Source: a virus (lineage: Duplodnaviria > Caudoviricetes). Taken from it: 52,182 nt of DNA. Numbering within the stretch: position 1 is the first letter of the stretch; each line of letters begins with the position of its first letter. The notes below the pieces were generated by a model. The model was not told the DNA's origin and made no database searches. It saw only the letters and a list, made by a program, of their open reading frames with translations. Made by a program: the position numbers and the translations under genes. The stretch lies in the IMG/VR virus record IMGVR_UViG_3300045921_000263, positions 1 to 52,182 of that record. One strand, given 5' to 3'. Of the stretch, positions 39,719-48,804 are shown piece by piece.

Positions 39719-40620
39719 GACCGATGCTCGCATCTAATTGGGAAAGCTGCAACGAGGATATGTTCCCTTTCTGGGCACAGCCCAAGCTGGATGGTATTCG
39801 TGTTCTGATCGGAGAAGACGGATGTCTCTACACGCGCAGCTTGAAGCCTGTGCGAAATCACCAGATACAATCTCTCGTTCGAGATATACCAGAGTTGAGA
39901 GGCCTGGATGGAGAGATAATCGTCGGAGATAAAACTGCAGAAGACTGTTATCGCAGAACAAATTCTGCTGTAATGAGTTATGAGAACGAAGATATTGCAC
40001 ATGCGACTATCCAGATTTTTGATATCTGGAACGACCCGTGGTCTAGTTACGATGAGCGCTATAGCAAGTTGGTGAGAAGAAGCAAAAGTTGGCCTCAATG
40101 GGTTCAACTTGTGGAAACAAAATTGATTGATGACCCAGCCATGTTAGAAGAGTATGAAAAGAGCCTACTGGCTCAAGGTCACGAAGGTGTAATCCTTCGA
40201 AGCCGTCATTCTCTCTACAAAAAAGGTCGTGGAACACCCAAGGGAGGAGAGCTGATCAAACTGAAAAGGTTCGCTGATGCCGAGGGAATTATCGTAGCCT
40301 GTCATGAAGAAATGCACAACGCAAATCCGGCGACCATCAATGCTCTCGGTTACACTGAACATAGCAGTCATCAAGAAAACTTGATCGGCAAAGGCACCCT
40401 CGGTGCTTTTGAGCTCAAGATTGACGAGAAAAAATGGCCGAGTGGATTTGTCCGAATCGGCACAGGAATGTCTGCACGACAGAGGGAGGTCTTCTGGTCC
40501 AAGCGAGATGAGCTGATCGGTAAGATTGTGAAGTTCAAATACTTTGAAGTCGGTGTCAAAGACGCACCTAGATTCCCCGTCTTTCTGGGCTTCAGAGATG
40601 CTGATGACATGTGGGAATGA
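39715..40620 (+). CDS. ATP-dependent DNA ligase
   Basis: QPKLDGIR adenylation motif, LDGEI, FD, EGVILR, KLK.F.D.E, PRFPVF.GFR. Confidence 0.92.
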   Translation: MRPMLASNWESCNEDMFPFWAQPKLDGIRVLIGEDGCLYTRSLKPVRNHQIQSLVRDIPELRGLDGEIIVGDKTAEDCYRRTNSAVMSYENEDIAHATIQIFDIWNDPWSSYDERYSKLVRRSKSWPQWVQLVETKLIDDPAMLEEYEKSLLAQGHEGVILRSRHSLYKKGRGTPKGGELIKLKRFADAEGIIVACHEEMHNANPATINALGYTEHSSHQENLIGKGTLGAFELKIDEKKWPSGFVRIGTGMSARQREVFWSKRDELIGKIVKFKYFEVGVKDAPRFPVFLGFRDADDMWE

Positions 40621-40621
40621 A

Positions 40622-40885
40622 ATGATCACTCATGAGATTCTTAGAGACAAGTGTCGCAAAGCGATGGGGATGAAAATTCCCATCGCCGCAAAAGAGCGAT
40701 GGGCTATTTTCATCAAAGAAAAACGAACAGAGTTCATTTTTCGGTATGAGTGGATTATTGATCGTCGTTTCTACGATTGGGTTCATGATAATCAGCAGTT
40801 TCTTGACATCATGGATGGAACTGAATGGTTCGGAGTCTACATTTGTCATCCTGATGGAACTCCTATAAATTATTACGACAAATAG
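40622..40885 (+). CDS. hypothetical protein
   Basis: ORF filling gap between ligase and next promoter. Confidence 0.5.
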   Translation: MITHEILRDKCRKAMGMKIPIAAKERWAIFIKEKRTEFIFRYEWIIDRRFYDWVHDNQQFLDIMDGTEWFGVYICHPDGTPINYYDK

Positions 40886-40917
40886 TTGTTTTCTTCTCGA
40901 AAATCGTAGGGCATTTT
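40877..40917 (+). promoter_or_regulatory. phage promoter (GACAAATA box)
   Basis: GACAAATA-N4-TTTTCT-N17-CATTTT. Confidence 0.5.
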
Positions 40918-40978
40918 GCAATAGTGCTGCAACTAGGAGACAACTAATGATCAAGAGCCTCATTAAAGAAGGAGAGCC

Positions 40979-41698
40979 GTGATGTCGGATATTCGTGCCA
41001 AAATCTTGGCTCTGCGCAACATGATCACTGAGCGCGGAGCAACCGAGGCTGAGGCAATGGCGGCTCTCGCCAAAGCCGACAAGCTGATGGCTGAGCATGG
41101 TCTGACTGAGGCAGATCTTGAAGTCGCTGAAGCTAAGCGCGATATGTCTGTTGGTGAGTTCAAGTATGGCATCAAAACGCAGCATCCTTGCGCGAAATGG
41201 TGCAGCAAAACCATCGGTGAATTCTGTGGTGTCATAACGTGGTATGATCCCAATGGGCAAAAATCCAGCGGTTTCGGCTTCAATGCAGATGTTGAGATGT
41301 ATGAGTTTCTGCTCAAGCTAGTTCACGACTCCATGAACAGAGAGTGGAAGAATTATCTCGCAACCAATCCTCCCAAGAAAGGCGTTAGTCGCCACACTGA
41401 ATACTGGTCTTTCATGCTGGGCATGGCTCAGCGCATCAATGAGAAGCTGCAAGAGCTGATGCAAGCTCGTGAAGTGAAAGTTGACAGCACCGGAACTGAT
41501 CTTGTCGTTAAAAAGTATGCCATTATTCAGGCCGGTATGAAAGAAATGCTTCCGGACCTTCATTTTCGCAAGGCAAACTCTCGTGGTATCCTTGCTGATA
41601 GCTCTGCTATGAACAAAGGTCGCAAGGCTGGTGACAGGGTGAACCTGAACCGTCCTTTGAAGAATGGCCCAAACGTTCGCAAAGCGATCACTTGCTGA
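40979..41698 (+). CDS. DUF2786-like protein
   Basis: KI.AL......G.TE.EA.AA..KA..LM..HGL motif; SF..G...RI; G..AG..V.LN. Confidence 0.75.
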   Translation: MMSDIRAKILALRNMITERGATEAEAMAALAKADKLMAEHGLTEADLEVAEAKRDMSVGEFKYGIKTQHPCAKWCSKTIGEFCGVITWYDPNGQKSSGFGFNADVEMYEFLLKLVHDSMNREWKNYLATNPPKKGVSRHTEYWSFMLGMAQRINEKLQELMQAREVKVDSTGTDLVVKKYAIIQAGMKEMLPDLHFRKANSRGILADSSAMNKGRKAGDRVNLNRPLKNGPNVRKAITC

Positions 41699-41728
41699 CA
41701 ATTGACGGCTGTTCAAGAGCCTTTTCGC

Positions 41729-41752
41729 GGGGTAGTGTTAGCGCACTACCCC
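41729..41752 (+). other. hairpin, overlapping a possible promoter
   Basis: GGGGTAGTG-TTAGCG-CACTACCCC; GACAATTG-N5-TGTTCA-N17-TAGTGT overlaps it. Confidence 0.4.
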
Positions 41753-41777
41753 CCAACTCTAACCACGAGGTGAATTC

Positions 41778-42923
41778 ATGGCGGTCTACTTCATGAACAA
41801 AGGTCATATCGACCTTGACGTGATCCGCACAATGGGTGTGTCAGTCAAAGAAAATGACAATCCTATCGGATTCTTTGGCACCGGACTGAAGTATTCCATC
41901 GCAACACTGCTGCGAACCGGGCACAAGATCAGCCTCAAAACTGACGGTCATACCATTGACTTTCGCACCCAGGAGAAAATCATTCGTGGTAAGACTTTTC
42001 AGATGATTCAGATGGGTGATGAACAGCTTGGATTCACCACAGATCTGGGCAAGAACTGGGAGGTCTGGCAGGCTTATCGCGAGCTCTACTCGAATTGTCT
42101 TGATGAGAATGGTAAAATCAGCACCATTTTCGATGAATCTTTCGACACCATTTTCTCAGTTAATGGTCCAGAAATTGACAACATTCATGCAGATCGCGGC
42201 AAGATTTTTCTGCAGAACGAACCGTGGATTGTAGGTTCGGGTATTGAAATTCATCGCGGAAAGTCGGACTATGTGTATTATCGAGGCGTGTGTGTTCACA
42301 AGCTGCTGAAGCCGAGTCGTTTCACCTACAACTTCACGTGTCAAATGACACTGACCGAAGACAGAACGCTGGCCTCCACCTACGACATGATCTACAAGCT
42401 CAGCGCGAGACTTCCTCGTGTCGCGGACCCTGTGTTCTGCGAAAAGATCATTGATCCTGACTGGGACGGTTTTGAAACGAATCTCGACTTTTCGAATTGC
42501 TACGACCCAAGCGAAGAATTTCTCGATGCATTGGAGAAGCATCGTGCCAATGCTCGTATGAGAGAGAAAAACAAAGAAATTCTGTATCGGCATCGTAAAG
42601 TCAACAAATGGGATGTGTTCGAGCTTGACGATGAGCAAGCTCGCACCGTGGCTTCTGCCTGCAAAATGCTGAGAGCGCTGAACTGCTTCGTGTCTCCGCA
42701 AGATTTTACGTTCGTCGAAAACCTCGGTCCGGGTATCTACGGTCATTGCAAAGACGGCAAGATGCTGATTACTCGGCAGACCATCGCTAACGGCAGAGAC
42801 TTTCTTGCAATCACGATGTATGAGGAGTGGATTCATGATCACTTGGGTTACAAAGACGAAACTCGTGCGATGCAGCAGTTCCTTCTGGACAAAATCTTGG
42901 AACTGATTAAACGGGAGAATTGA
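41778..42923 (+). CDS. GHKL-type ATPase-like protein
   Basis: G.S.K.....IG.FGTGLKY.IA motif and RELY.N..DE motif. Confidence 0.65.
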   Translation: MAVYFMNKGHIDLDVIRTMGVSVKENDNPIGFFGTGLKYSIATLLRTGHKISLKTDGHTIDFRTQEKIIRGKTFQMIQMGDEQLGFTTDLGKNWEVWQAYRELYSNCLDENGKISTIFDESFDTIFSVNGPEIDNIHADRGKIFLQNEPWIVGSGIEIHRGKSDYVYYRGVCVHKLLKPSRFTYNFTCQMTLTEDRTLASTYDMIYKLSARLPRVADPVFCEKIIDPDWDGFETNLDFSNCYDPSEEFLDALEKHRANARMREKNKEILYRHRKVNKWDVFELDDEQARTVASACKMLRALNCFVSPQDFTFVENLGPGIYGHCKDGKMLITRQTIANGRDFLAITMYEEWIHDHLGYKDETRAMQQFLLDKILELIKREN

Positions 42924-42927
42924 TAGC

Positions 42928-42956
42928 TTGTCACGAGTTTCTTCGCATACTATGCT
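42928..42956 (+). promoter_or_regulatory. phage promoter
   Basis: GAGAATTG-N5-TTGTCA-N17-TATGCT, then AAGGAGG RBS. Confidence 0.7.
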
Positions 42957-42986
42957 ACAGGTATAGCTAAACCCAAGGAGGATAGA

Positions 42987-43223
42987 ATGGGCTACTCGGC
43001 AACAACTCCGGAAGAAATCAACGTGGTGGTGCTCGTTACGTTGAAAGCTGCCATCAAGATGTATCTCATGTATGGCATCAAAGTGAACCGTGCCTACACG
43101 CCGACCAAGATGCTCGCCAAAGCTGGCGAGCTTCTCGGTAAAGAATATAAGCGTGGTCAGCTGTCGCAGGCTTTTGCCGATCTGCAAGCCCGCTACGATG
43201 AAATTCTTGTTGGGAGGAACTAA
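42987..43223 (+). CDS. hypothetical protein
   Basis: Strong RBS; G.K..R...T.ML..A....GK.YKRGQ motif. Confidence 0.7.
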   Translation: MGYSATTPEEINVVVLVTLKAAIKMYLMYGIKVNRAYTPTKMLAKAGELLGKEYKRGQLSQAFADLQARYDEILVGRN

Positions 43224-43224
43224 C

Positions 43225-43452
43225 ATGGTTCGCTATATCAGTGCAGAGAACCTCCACGCTGATGACTTCGGAGACAGGTTCACTCATCAAGTTGGTGAAG
43301 TCGTCTACGATGCTCGCACCAAATTCGGCTCTGCGTGGGCTACGATGACGCAGAGCTCTTTTCAGAAGTATGGCTTCGGTCGGCTTGGTGTCGGCTTCGG
43401 TCAGAAATACGTTCGCAACGCTGCGGGTGAACTGCACAAGGTGGAGGGCTGA
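43225..43452 (+). CDS. hypothetical protein
   Basis: GGAGG RBS; YDA.TK.G.WA.M...F...G.G.LG.G.GQKY motif. Confidence 0.7.
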   Translation: MVRYISAENLHADDFGDRFTHQVGEVVYDARTKFGSAWATMTQSSFQKYGFGRLGVGFGQKYVRNAAGELHKVEG

Positions 43453-43454
43453 TA

Positions 43455-43808
43455 ATGTCGTATGGTATCTACACTTGGGAGTTGGAAGAACTGACTGTTT
43501 TCAACGCCCTTGATGACAAAGAACCAAAGAAAGTCAACGTTGAGTTTGTTCTTGTCTGCACTGATCCAGGCACGCCAGAAAGTGGAAGATTCGGTCCGCC
43601 GGAATTCTATGATCCAGGTGAAGCTCCCACATGGGAAATCGAGAGCATTCAGATCATCTTTGAAAATTCTCCTCCTCTTGGCATTACCGAAAATCAATTC
43701 ATGGAATTATTCCCAAGAGGAGACAGTATAATTGACATGGCTATCGAATGTGCTCTTGACAACGGTATTGTAGAGTCTGAATCCGATCCGGAGCCTGATT
43801 ACGAATGA
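43455..43808 (+). CDS. hypothetical acidic protein
   Basis: GGAGG RBS; GPPE..DP.E.P motif. Confidence 0.65.
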   Translation: MSYGIYTWELEELTVFNALDDKEPKKVNVEFVLVCTDPGTPESGRFGPPEFYDPGEAPTWEIESIQIIFENSPPLGITENQFMELFPRGDSIIDMAIECALDNGIVESESDPEPDYE

Positions 43809-44326
43809 ATTTGTTCGTGCTTGACGAAGATCCAGCCGCTTCGGCGGCTGGACTTGACGATAAACGCATTGGCAGTGCCCTGCGTGAAGTCAACCAGATG
43901 ATGTCTACTGCGCTTGCTCAGAGCGGCGTAGAGGGCGCTAGCGTAGGGCCGGGGCTGCTATGCCGCCCAAGCCATCAACGCCATCCAGTGACGCTCTGGG
44001 TGGGCCAGACAAGCGGCAATTTTGCGTGGGCATACGCCTATGCAATGGCGCTCATTAAAGAATGGCAACTCCGCTACGGAACATGGCATAGCTCTAGCGA
44101 TAGAACACCATACATATGGAGATTTAGGACTTGCATTCCTCAAGGCCCTCTGTTACCGTTCCAAAATAGCGCGAGACACGGTGGATTGGGGCTTGACTTC
44201 ACGCATCTGCCAGTTCCAGAATCATACCGAGCGTATATTCAGGAGCGCTGGCTGACAGACAAACGGCCTCCGACCTACACGAATCGGGAGTGGCCTGAAT
44301 GGGTGAGCTGGAACCAAAAAGCATGA
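43805..44326 (+). CDS. pyrimidine-dimer glycosylase / endonuclease V-like protein
   Basis: MN.F.LD.DP..SA..L.DK....E..QM.ST, H..HP.T.W, EW..RYG..H motifs. Confidence 0.7.
   Translation: MNLFVLDEDPAASAAGLDDKRIGSALREVNQMMSTALAQSGVEGASVGPGLLCRPSHQRHPVTLWVGQTSGNFAWAYAYAMALIKEWQLRYGTWHSSSDRTPYIWRFRTCIPQGPLLPFQNSARHGGLGLDFTHLPVPESYRAYIQERWLTDKRPPTYTNREWPEWVSWNQKA
43912..44000. repeat. dispersed phased element E
   Basis: CTCAGAGCG...CGCTCTGGG arms; GA at 43921/43931, TC at 43975/43984/43995. Confidence 0.6.
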
Positions 44327-44604
44327 GGATTAAAGCAGGGATCCGAATCGGTTTCTGGGATCACACCAAAACTGGTCCTTTCAAGGCTATCGGATATTAC
44401 AACGGACCTGATCTTGGTGATCATATCCCCGGCACCAGACTTCAGCAAAATCTGATGGAAGGTGAGCTCGTCTTCCATGTTGGAGTTTTGTTCAGACCTG
44501 ATCTTGGCAAAAATCAGAGACTAGAAACGATTTTGATTCTTGAGAAATATATTCCCGAGATGTTCGAATACGAGCACTGGGAGCGTCTGTGTAACGACAA
44601 ATAG
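44323..44604 (+). CDS. hypothetical protein
   Basis: ATGA overlap with upstream gene. Confidence 0.55.
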   Translation: MRIKAGIRIGFWDHTKTGPFKAIGYYNGPDLGDHIPGTRLQQNLMEGELVFHVGVLFRPDLGKNQRLETILILEKYIPEMFEYEHWERLCNDK

Positions 44605-44636
44605 AATTTGTCTTCACCCCGCTCTTTAGGTAAGGT
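44596..44636 (+). promoter_or_regulatory. phage promoter (GACAAATA box)
   Basis: GACAAATA-N4-TTGTCT-N17-TAAGGT. Confidence 0.7.
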
Positions 44637-44672
44637 GCAAACTATAGCGGCACCATCCTAAGGAGAGGGTAA

Positions 44673-44984
44673 ATGGGAAGCAACGTCAGGCTGGCCTACG
44701 ACAGGCCCAATGGCTGGAGCATCAGCCTCTACAAAATTTCTGACAGCTACGGCACCTACTTCGTCGTTTACGAGTCGGTCGTTGACGGCTACGGCGACTA
44801 TGACGGCGAGGATGCCATGGACTTCAACACGGAGGCCGAAGCCCGCAAATACTACGAGAAGCGGGTTGAGTTTCTCCGTGACACGCCCAACTGGGAGGCC
44901 CAGTCGGCGTATGATGAGCTGCACGGCACGATCAACGGCGTGGACCCGGGGATCGTTGAGTGGCGCGAACTGGTGGGGGAATAG
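44673..44984 (+). CDS. hypothetical protein (GC3-rich codons, likely early)
   Basis: AAGGAG RBS, downstream of promoter. Confidence 0.7.
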   Translation: MGSNVRLAYDRPNGWSISLYKISDSYGTYFVVYESVVDGYGDYDGEDAMDFNTEAEARKYYEKRVEFLRDTPNWEAQSAYDELHGTINGVDPGIVEWRELVGE

Positions 44985-45263
44985 ATGCTGAAGCGGTTCT
45001 ACGTTGACGTCGGGGTTGTGACAAACCCCGACGCTCATCCCGGATCCAAAATCGGAGACACGCAGTATAGGTTCATGGATGACATGGACAACCCGACTTT
45101 TTCCTATGACTACGTGTCTCTGGAAAAAGCTCTGGCTGAACATTCACCCTGCGTGATCGTTTGGGTGCCCAAGGTGATGCGGAACATGAGGCGCATGATG
45201 GAGATGAATGCCGAACTCCCTCAAGAGCAGCGTGACATGCTTCGCTTGAAAGGAATGATCTGA
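44985..45263 (+). CDS. hypothetical protein
   Basis: Tightly packed ORF. Confidence 0.6.
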   Translation: MLKRFYVDVGVVTNPDAHPGSKIGDTQYRFMDDMDNPTFSYDYVSLEKALAEHSPCVIVWVPKVMRNMRRMMEMNAELPQEQRDMLRLKGMI

Positions 45264-45544
45264 TGATCTACTATGTTGCTGCGACGGATTGCATGTCGTG
45301 GGGTCGCGGAGCCTATGCTTGGGAAGCTGTTGGCCATGCTCTTCAACACTCTGGTCGCAAAGCCACGAAAGTTGTTCTCTTTGAGGTGGATTCACCCAGG
45401 GAGGGTGACGTCTATGTCAACGACATGGGCAACATCGTTGCGCCCAAGGGGAGCAAATTCAGAGAGCTTGCTACGATCTCGTTGCACCGTCTCTCGCCCA
45501 AGTTCTACTCGTTTTTCGACGAGCTTGAAGCAATGCTGGAATGA
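45263..45544 (+). CDS. hypothetical protein
   Basis: TGATG coupling; WGRG...EA motif. Confidence 0.6.
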   Translation: MIYYVAATDCMSWGRGAYAWEAVGHALQHSGRKATKVVLFEVDSPREGDVYVNDMGNIVAPKGSKFRELATISLHRLSPKFYSFFDELEAMLE

Positions 45545-45554
45545 GGCGTGTTCT

Positions 45555-45802
45555 ATGAAGATCGACTATCTGCCCACTGAAGACGACATCATGTATGCCT
45601 TCTACGATGATCAGAAGAACGAAGTTCGTTGGTGGGGTTGTTCCAAGAACACTCCTTACGATCCTGAGTATTCTCAGTTCGTCGTGACAACGTGGTCATT
45701 GTGCAAGCCTGCGGCTGGTATTCGCATGATTTCCACTTCAGGATGGAGCTGACTGAGTCGCCGGATAGGGTTGTGATCTTGGCAGCTTGGGATGTGGGCT
45801 GA
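45555..45802 (+). pseudogene. hypothetical gene, probably frameshifted near 45675
   Basis: ORF 45555-45752 plus protein-like -1 frame (RDNVVIVQACGWYSHDFHFRMELTESPDRVVILAAWDVG) ending at next start. Confidence 0.35.
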
Positions 45803-45938
45803 TCCAAGCCCAGAAGCAGTTGAATGGAGACGACAGAACAAGAAACGAGTTCGTCCGTATGTCCGCAAGCGACTACGACTGACTCCGTGGCTACTGCGCT
45901 GGACAGCATTGGTGCTGCTGTCGGCGCTTCTCTTCTGA
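45792..45938 (+). CDS. small basic/hydrophobic hypothetical protein
   Basis: 48-aa ORF filling gap; stop precedes GGAGG RBS of next gene. Confidence 0.4.
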   Translation: MWADPSPEAVEWRRQNKKRVRPYVRKRLRLTPWLLRWTALVLLSALLF

Positions 45939-45952
45939 TAGGAGGACTTGTG

Positions 45953-46351
45953 ATGCAGTATCTGTCAAAGACAGTGCCTATCTACGAGTGTGGAAAGTGT
46001 GGCGCTACCGGCCGACTGGAAGGCATGTGTGAGTGCTGCAATGTCACCGTGAGATATTATGATGATGAACCTGCTACCTACTGGAGTGTCGCAGTCTACG
46101 AGACTGGACTGAACTATGGTGGTCCGGAAGAAGGCGGCTGGTGGTATGAGTGTGGATGGCTGATTGATCCGCATAAGCAAAGAGTTTTTGACTCTCTGGA
46201 ACAGGCAGTCAAATATCACAAAGAGTTGCTCAATCATTACAAGGACACGAAGAATATCGCCGTTCACGGTTCCAGTTCCTGGCTACCCTGTCTACTGCTG
46301 AGGAGGAAATCATGGCAGAATGTGTGCGACTCTACTACGATGGGTATCTGA
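45953..46351 (+). CDS. hypothetical protein with CxxC pairs and YGGPEEGGWWY motif
   Basis: GGAGG RBS before ATG 45953; C-terminus may be frameshifted. Confidence 0.6.
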   Translation: MQYLSKTVPIYECGKCGATGRLEGMCECCNVTVRYYDDEPATYWSVAVYETGLNYGGPEEGGWWYECGWLIDPHKQRVFDSLEQAVKYHKELLNHYKDTKNIAVHGSSSWLPCLLLRRKSWQNVCDSTTMGI

Positions 46352-46581
46352 TGAATACCATCGAGCCCAGCTCCAAATTCAAAAGCATCCCCAACGCTCG
46401 CTGTGATACCGCAGAAGGGCGTGAAAAAGTCGCTCGGAGGCTGATGGAAGGTTGGATCCGAAATGCAGGCTACCATCGCCATCTGTTCAGGATTGAGCAT
46501 GGAAAGACTGATCCGCTGGTTTTGTCCAGAATGACTTCCGAAATCATGCAAAAATGGAGCGTCAAATGCGTGGAATTCTGA
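46312..46581 (+). CDS. hypothetical protein
   Basis: GGAGG RBS. Confidence 0.55.
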   Translation: MAECVRLYYDGYLMNTIEPSSKFKSIPNARCDTAEGREKVARRLMEGWIRNAGYHRHLFRIEHGKTDPLVLSRMTSEIMQKWSVKCVEF

Positions 46582-46859
46582 TCAACCCTTGGACGAAAGA
46601 TATCAGCGAAGTGGAGTGTGGAAAATTATCGGCCCAGAAGTCAACCTGTTCACTATCGGGCTGTATCTGCCCAATAGAGACGCGCTGTTCTTGGACGATG
46701 AAGGTTTGCTGAAACAAGGTGTTCTCCATTAATGGTGAGCTTTTCGCTGGAAAGGGCTTGATCTTGGGATCCACCCGTAGTGGTAACTCTGCAGATGCAA
46801 AGTCGACCATAGCCCAGATAAAGGCTATGGTCGGCTGGACAAATCTGGTGACAGCATGA
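46566..46859 (+). pseudogene. DUF3846-like gene broken by two frameshifts
   Basis: MRGILINPW..DISEVE / LFT....N.D.LFLDDEGLL / F.I.G..FAGKGLILG...G.S.D.KST lie in three successive frames. Confidence 0.6.
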
Positions 46860-47050
46860 TCAAGTTTCTGCTTGTGCTTTTCGGATCCATCGTATTCTGT
46901 ATTGGAGGTCCACTGGTAGTTCTTCTTTTGATAGAGGAACTACCAGTGACTTGGCTCAACATTTTTCTGGTAGGAGGAATTGAGAGCTTTTTTGTGTTGA
47001 TGGCGATTGAGCTCGCTAAACTCGTGAAGCAGTTGTGGAGAGATCTCTAG
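46856..47050 (+). CDS. small two-TM membrane protein
   Basis: ATGA coupling; two hydrophobic segments. Confidence 0.55.
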   Translation: MIKFLLVLFGSIVFCIGGPLVVLLLIEELPVTWLNIFLVGGIESFFVLMAIELAKLVKQLWRDL

Positions 47051-47678
47051 GTTTAGGTATTTTTCGAGAGGAAACTTCCTTTACTGGAGGGAGTTTCCTC
47101 TCGGGATACGTTTCTGCAATCTTTCTCCAGTCTGGTTCCATGAACATGAGTTTGACTTCATCTTTCATGATAGAGTTCTCTGTCTTCTCTGAAACGACTA
47201 ACAGGTCAAGCTCTTCTTGCATTCTTGGCTGCCATTCATTTCGGTTTTTCGGCCAGTCGTTGTTCATCTCCAACCATTTGTAGAGCACTGCGCTGAGTTG
47301 CCATTCAAGACCGTATTCCAGATCTTTGATGGATTGGAAATTATAGACCGGTTTTGCTTCTTCGGTTCTGGAGTTCCTTAATGATCTGGGATCGTATAGC
47401 ACTGAATGAATGATGCTGTTCCCCATTATCTTCTTGGATACCAATGAGCGAAGTTTTTCGTTCCAGAATACGAAGTCGTAGAGTTCCCCAATAGCGACCC
47501 TGGATGGGATATCGCCGTTGCGAACTGCACGGTAAAGGTGAATTGCAGAGATGATCTGCTTCATGCTGAAGAAGTATGGCATCCTTTTCTGGATTTTCGG
47601 CTGTGTGCGATATAGCAGTGGGATATCTCCATCGTAGTCTGGACGATTGGGACGAGCAGCGTTGAACAGAGCTTTCAT
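47016..47678 (-). CDS. hypothetical protein (only credible minus-strand gene)
   Basis: AAGGAG RBS on minus strand; own promoter; no competing plus-strand gene. Confidence 0.65.
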   Translation of the reverse strand: MKALFNAARPNRPDYDGDIPLLYRTQPKIQKRMPYFFSMKQIISAIHLYRAVRNGDIPSRVAIGELYDFVFWNEKLRSLVSKKIMGNSIIHSVLYDPRSLRNSRTEEAKPVYNFQSIKDLEYGLEWQLSAVLYKWLEMNNDWPKNRNEWQPRMQEELDLLVVSEKTENSIMKDEVKLMFMEPDWRKIAETYPERKLPPVKEVSSRKIPKPRDLSTTASRV

Positions 47679-47730
47679 TTCCTAACTCCTTACGTCTTTA
47701 AGCCTGAAAGTGTGGTCAGGTGCGGTTGTA

Positions 47731-47759
47731 AGATTATAAGTATTTGCAAGTGGATACAA
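47731..47759 (-). promoter_or_regulatory. promoter for minus-strand gene
   Basis: TTGTAT-N17-TAATCT on minus strand. Confidence 0.5.
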
Positions 47760-47799
47760 GGGGTTGAAGGTTCAAAATGGAGTTAAAAACTTAAAGACA

Positions 47800-48075
47800 T
47801 CCGGCGCCAGCTTTGCGTGGGTTGCGCTAAACTGGGGCGCGGTGGATGCCCAACGGCTGGCGGCGGGAGCTAGTGTGGTTAAAACTATTTATCTTTTTAT
47901 ATATTATAAAGAATAATAATATATAGTAAAAGCAAGGGGATAGGGTTTAGGGCATAGGACCATACTTGGCTCAGTATAAGGGTTAAAGACGTTATATGAC
48001 CAGTCGGTAGATTAGGGAGTTTTGTGATGCAATTTTTCGGTGGGATTAGGGAGTTGTGCTGCAACTTTGGGTAGA
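47800..48075. other. non-coding region with AT-rich tract sharing motifs with 20117-20355 in inverted orientation
   Basis: GGGTTGCG at 47819, CCATACTT at 47960, AT-rich tract ~47880-47930. Confidence 0.4.
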
Positions 48076-48135
48076 TTAATATGATACACGAGAGATCCTC
48101 TTCGTCAAGATCTCACGCACAGATAGGAAACGAAA

Positions 48136-48804
48136 ATGGATGAAGATCGCGATCCCGAAAGTCAAGAATTCACTCCAGAATACAGCAACGTCAGAAGGCG
48201 TCCTCGCTCTCTGCTCGCTCGTGGATCCAAGCCGGTCCTGGTCCAATATCAGGATGAACACGGAAATTGGCGATCGAAGATAAAAATGTCCCGGATAAAA
48301 TTCGGGGATGCAGAAAAAGGAGTCTTTCTAGAAGTCTTCCGCAAATGGGGAAGAATGGGAGAGGCGGCTGCGGCTGCCGGAGTCTCAACCCAATGTGTCC
48401 GAAAAGCGATCCACGAAGATGAAGATTTCGCCGAGGCTGTTCTCATGGCCGAGGAGGAATACAAGGAGAAGCTCATTGGGCATCACCAGAATCTCGTCTT
48501 CAATGGGACGATAAGGAAGAACTACGATCGCAAAGGGAATGTCGTCTCCGAAGAGACCATCTATCCCATCCGACTGATCGAGCTTGAACTGAAAAAGCAC
48601 GATCCTGGCTACAGAGAGAAGCAGGAAGTCAGCGTGAATCATTCTGGCGGCGTTCTCATCGCGCCTGCCGAGATGGCGTCTGTCGACGACTGGGAGAAGC
48701 GTTTCTCCAATATGAAAGATGTGACTCCCTCCGAAAAGAGCTACGATCCTGCTCCTCTTGGGCATACAGACGATAATGAAGAAGACGAAGGCTGGCCTCG
48801 CTGA
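48136..48804 (+). CDS. terminase small subunit (putative)
   Basis: HTH (FL......G....AA..AGVS), D.DFA.A...A, L....LK...P.YRE..EV...GGVL..P. Confidence 0.75.
   Translation: MDEDRDPESQEFTPEYSNVRRRPRSLLARGSKPVLVQYQDEHGNWRSKIKMSRIKFGDAEKGVFLEVFRKWGRMGEAAAAAGVSTQCVRKAIHEDEDFAEAVLMAEEEYKEKLIGHHQNLVFNGTIRKNYDRKGNVVSEETIYPIRLIELELKKHDPGYREKQEVSVNHSGGVLIAPAEMASVDDWEKRFSNMKDVTPSEKSYDPAPLGHTDDNEEDEGWPR

Noticed and set aside
2465-44000. Dispersed elements as MITEs/IS ends or ordinary terminators
   Set aside because: No target duplications, transposase or U-tails; three copies are in frame within genes; conserved geometry exceeds sequence identity
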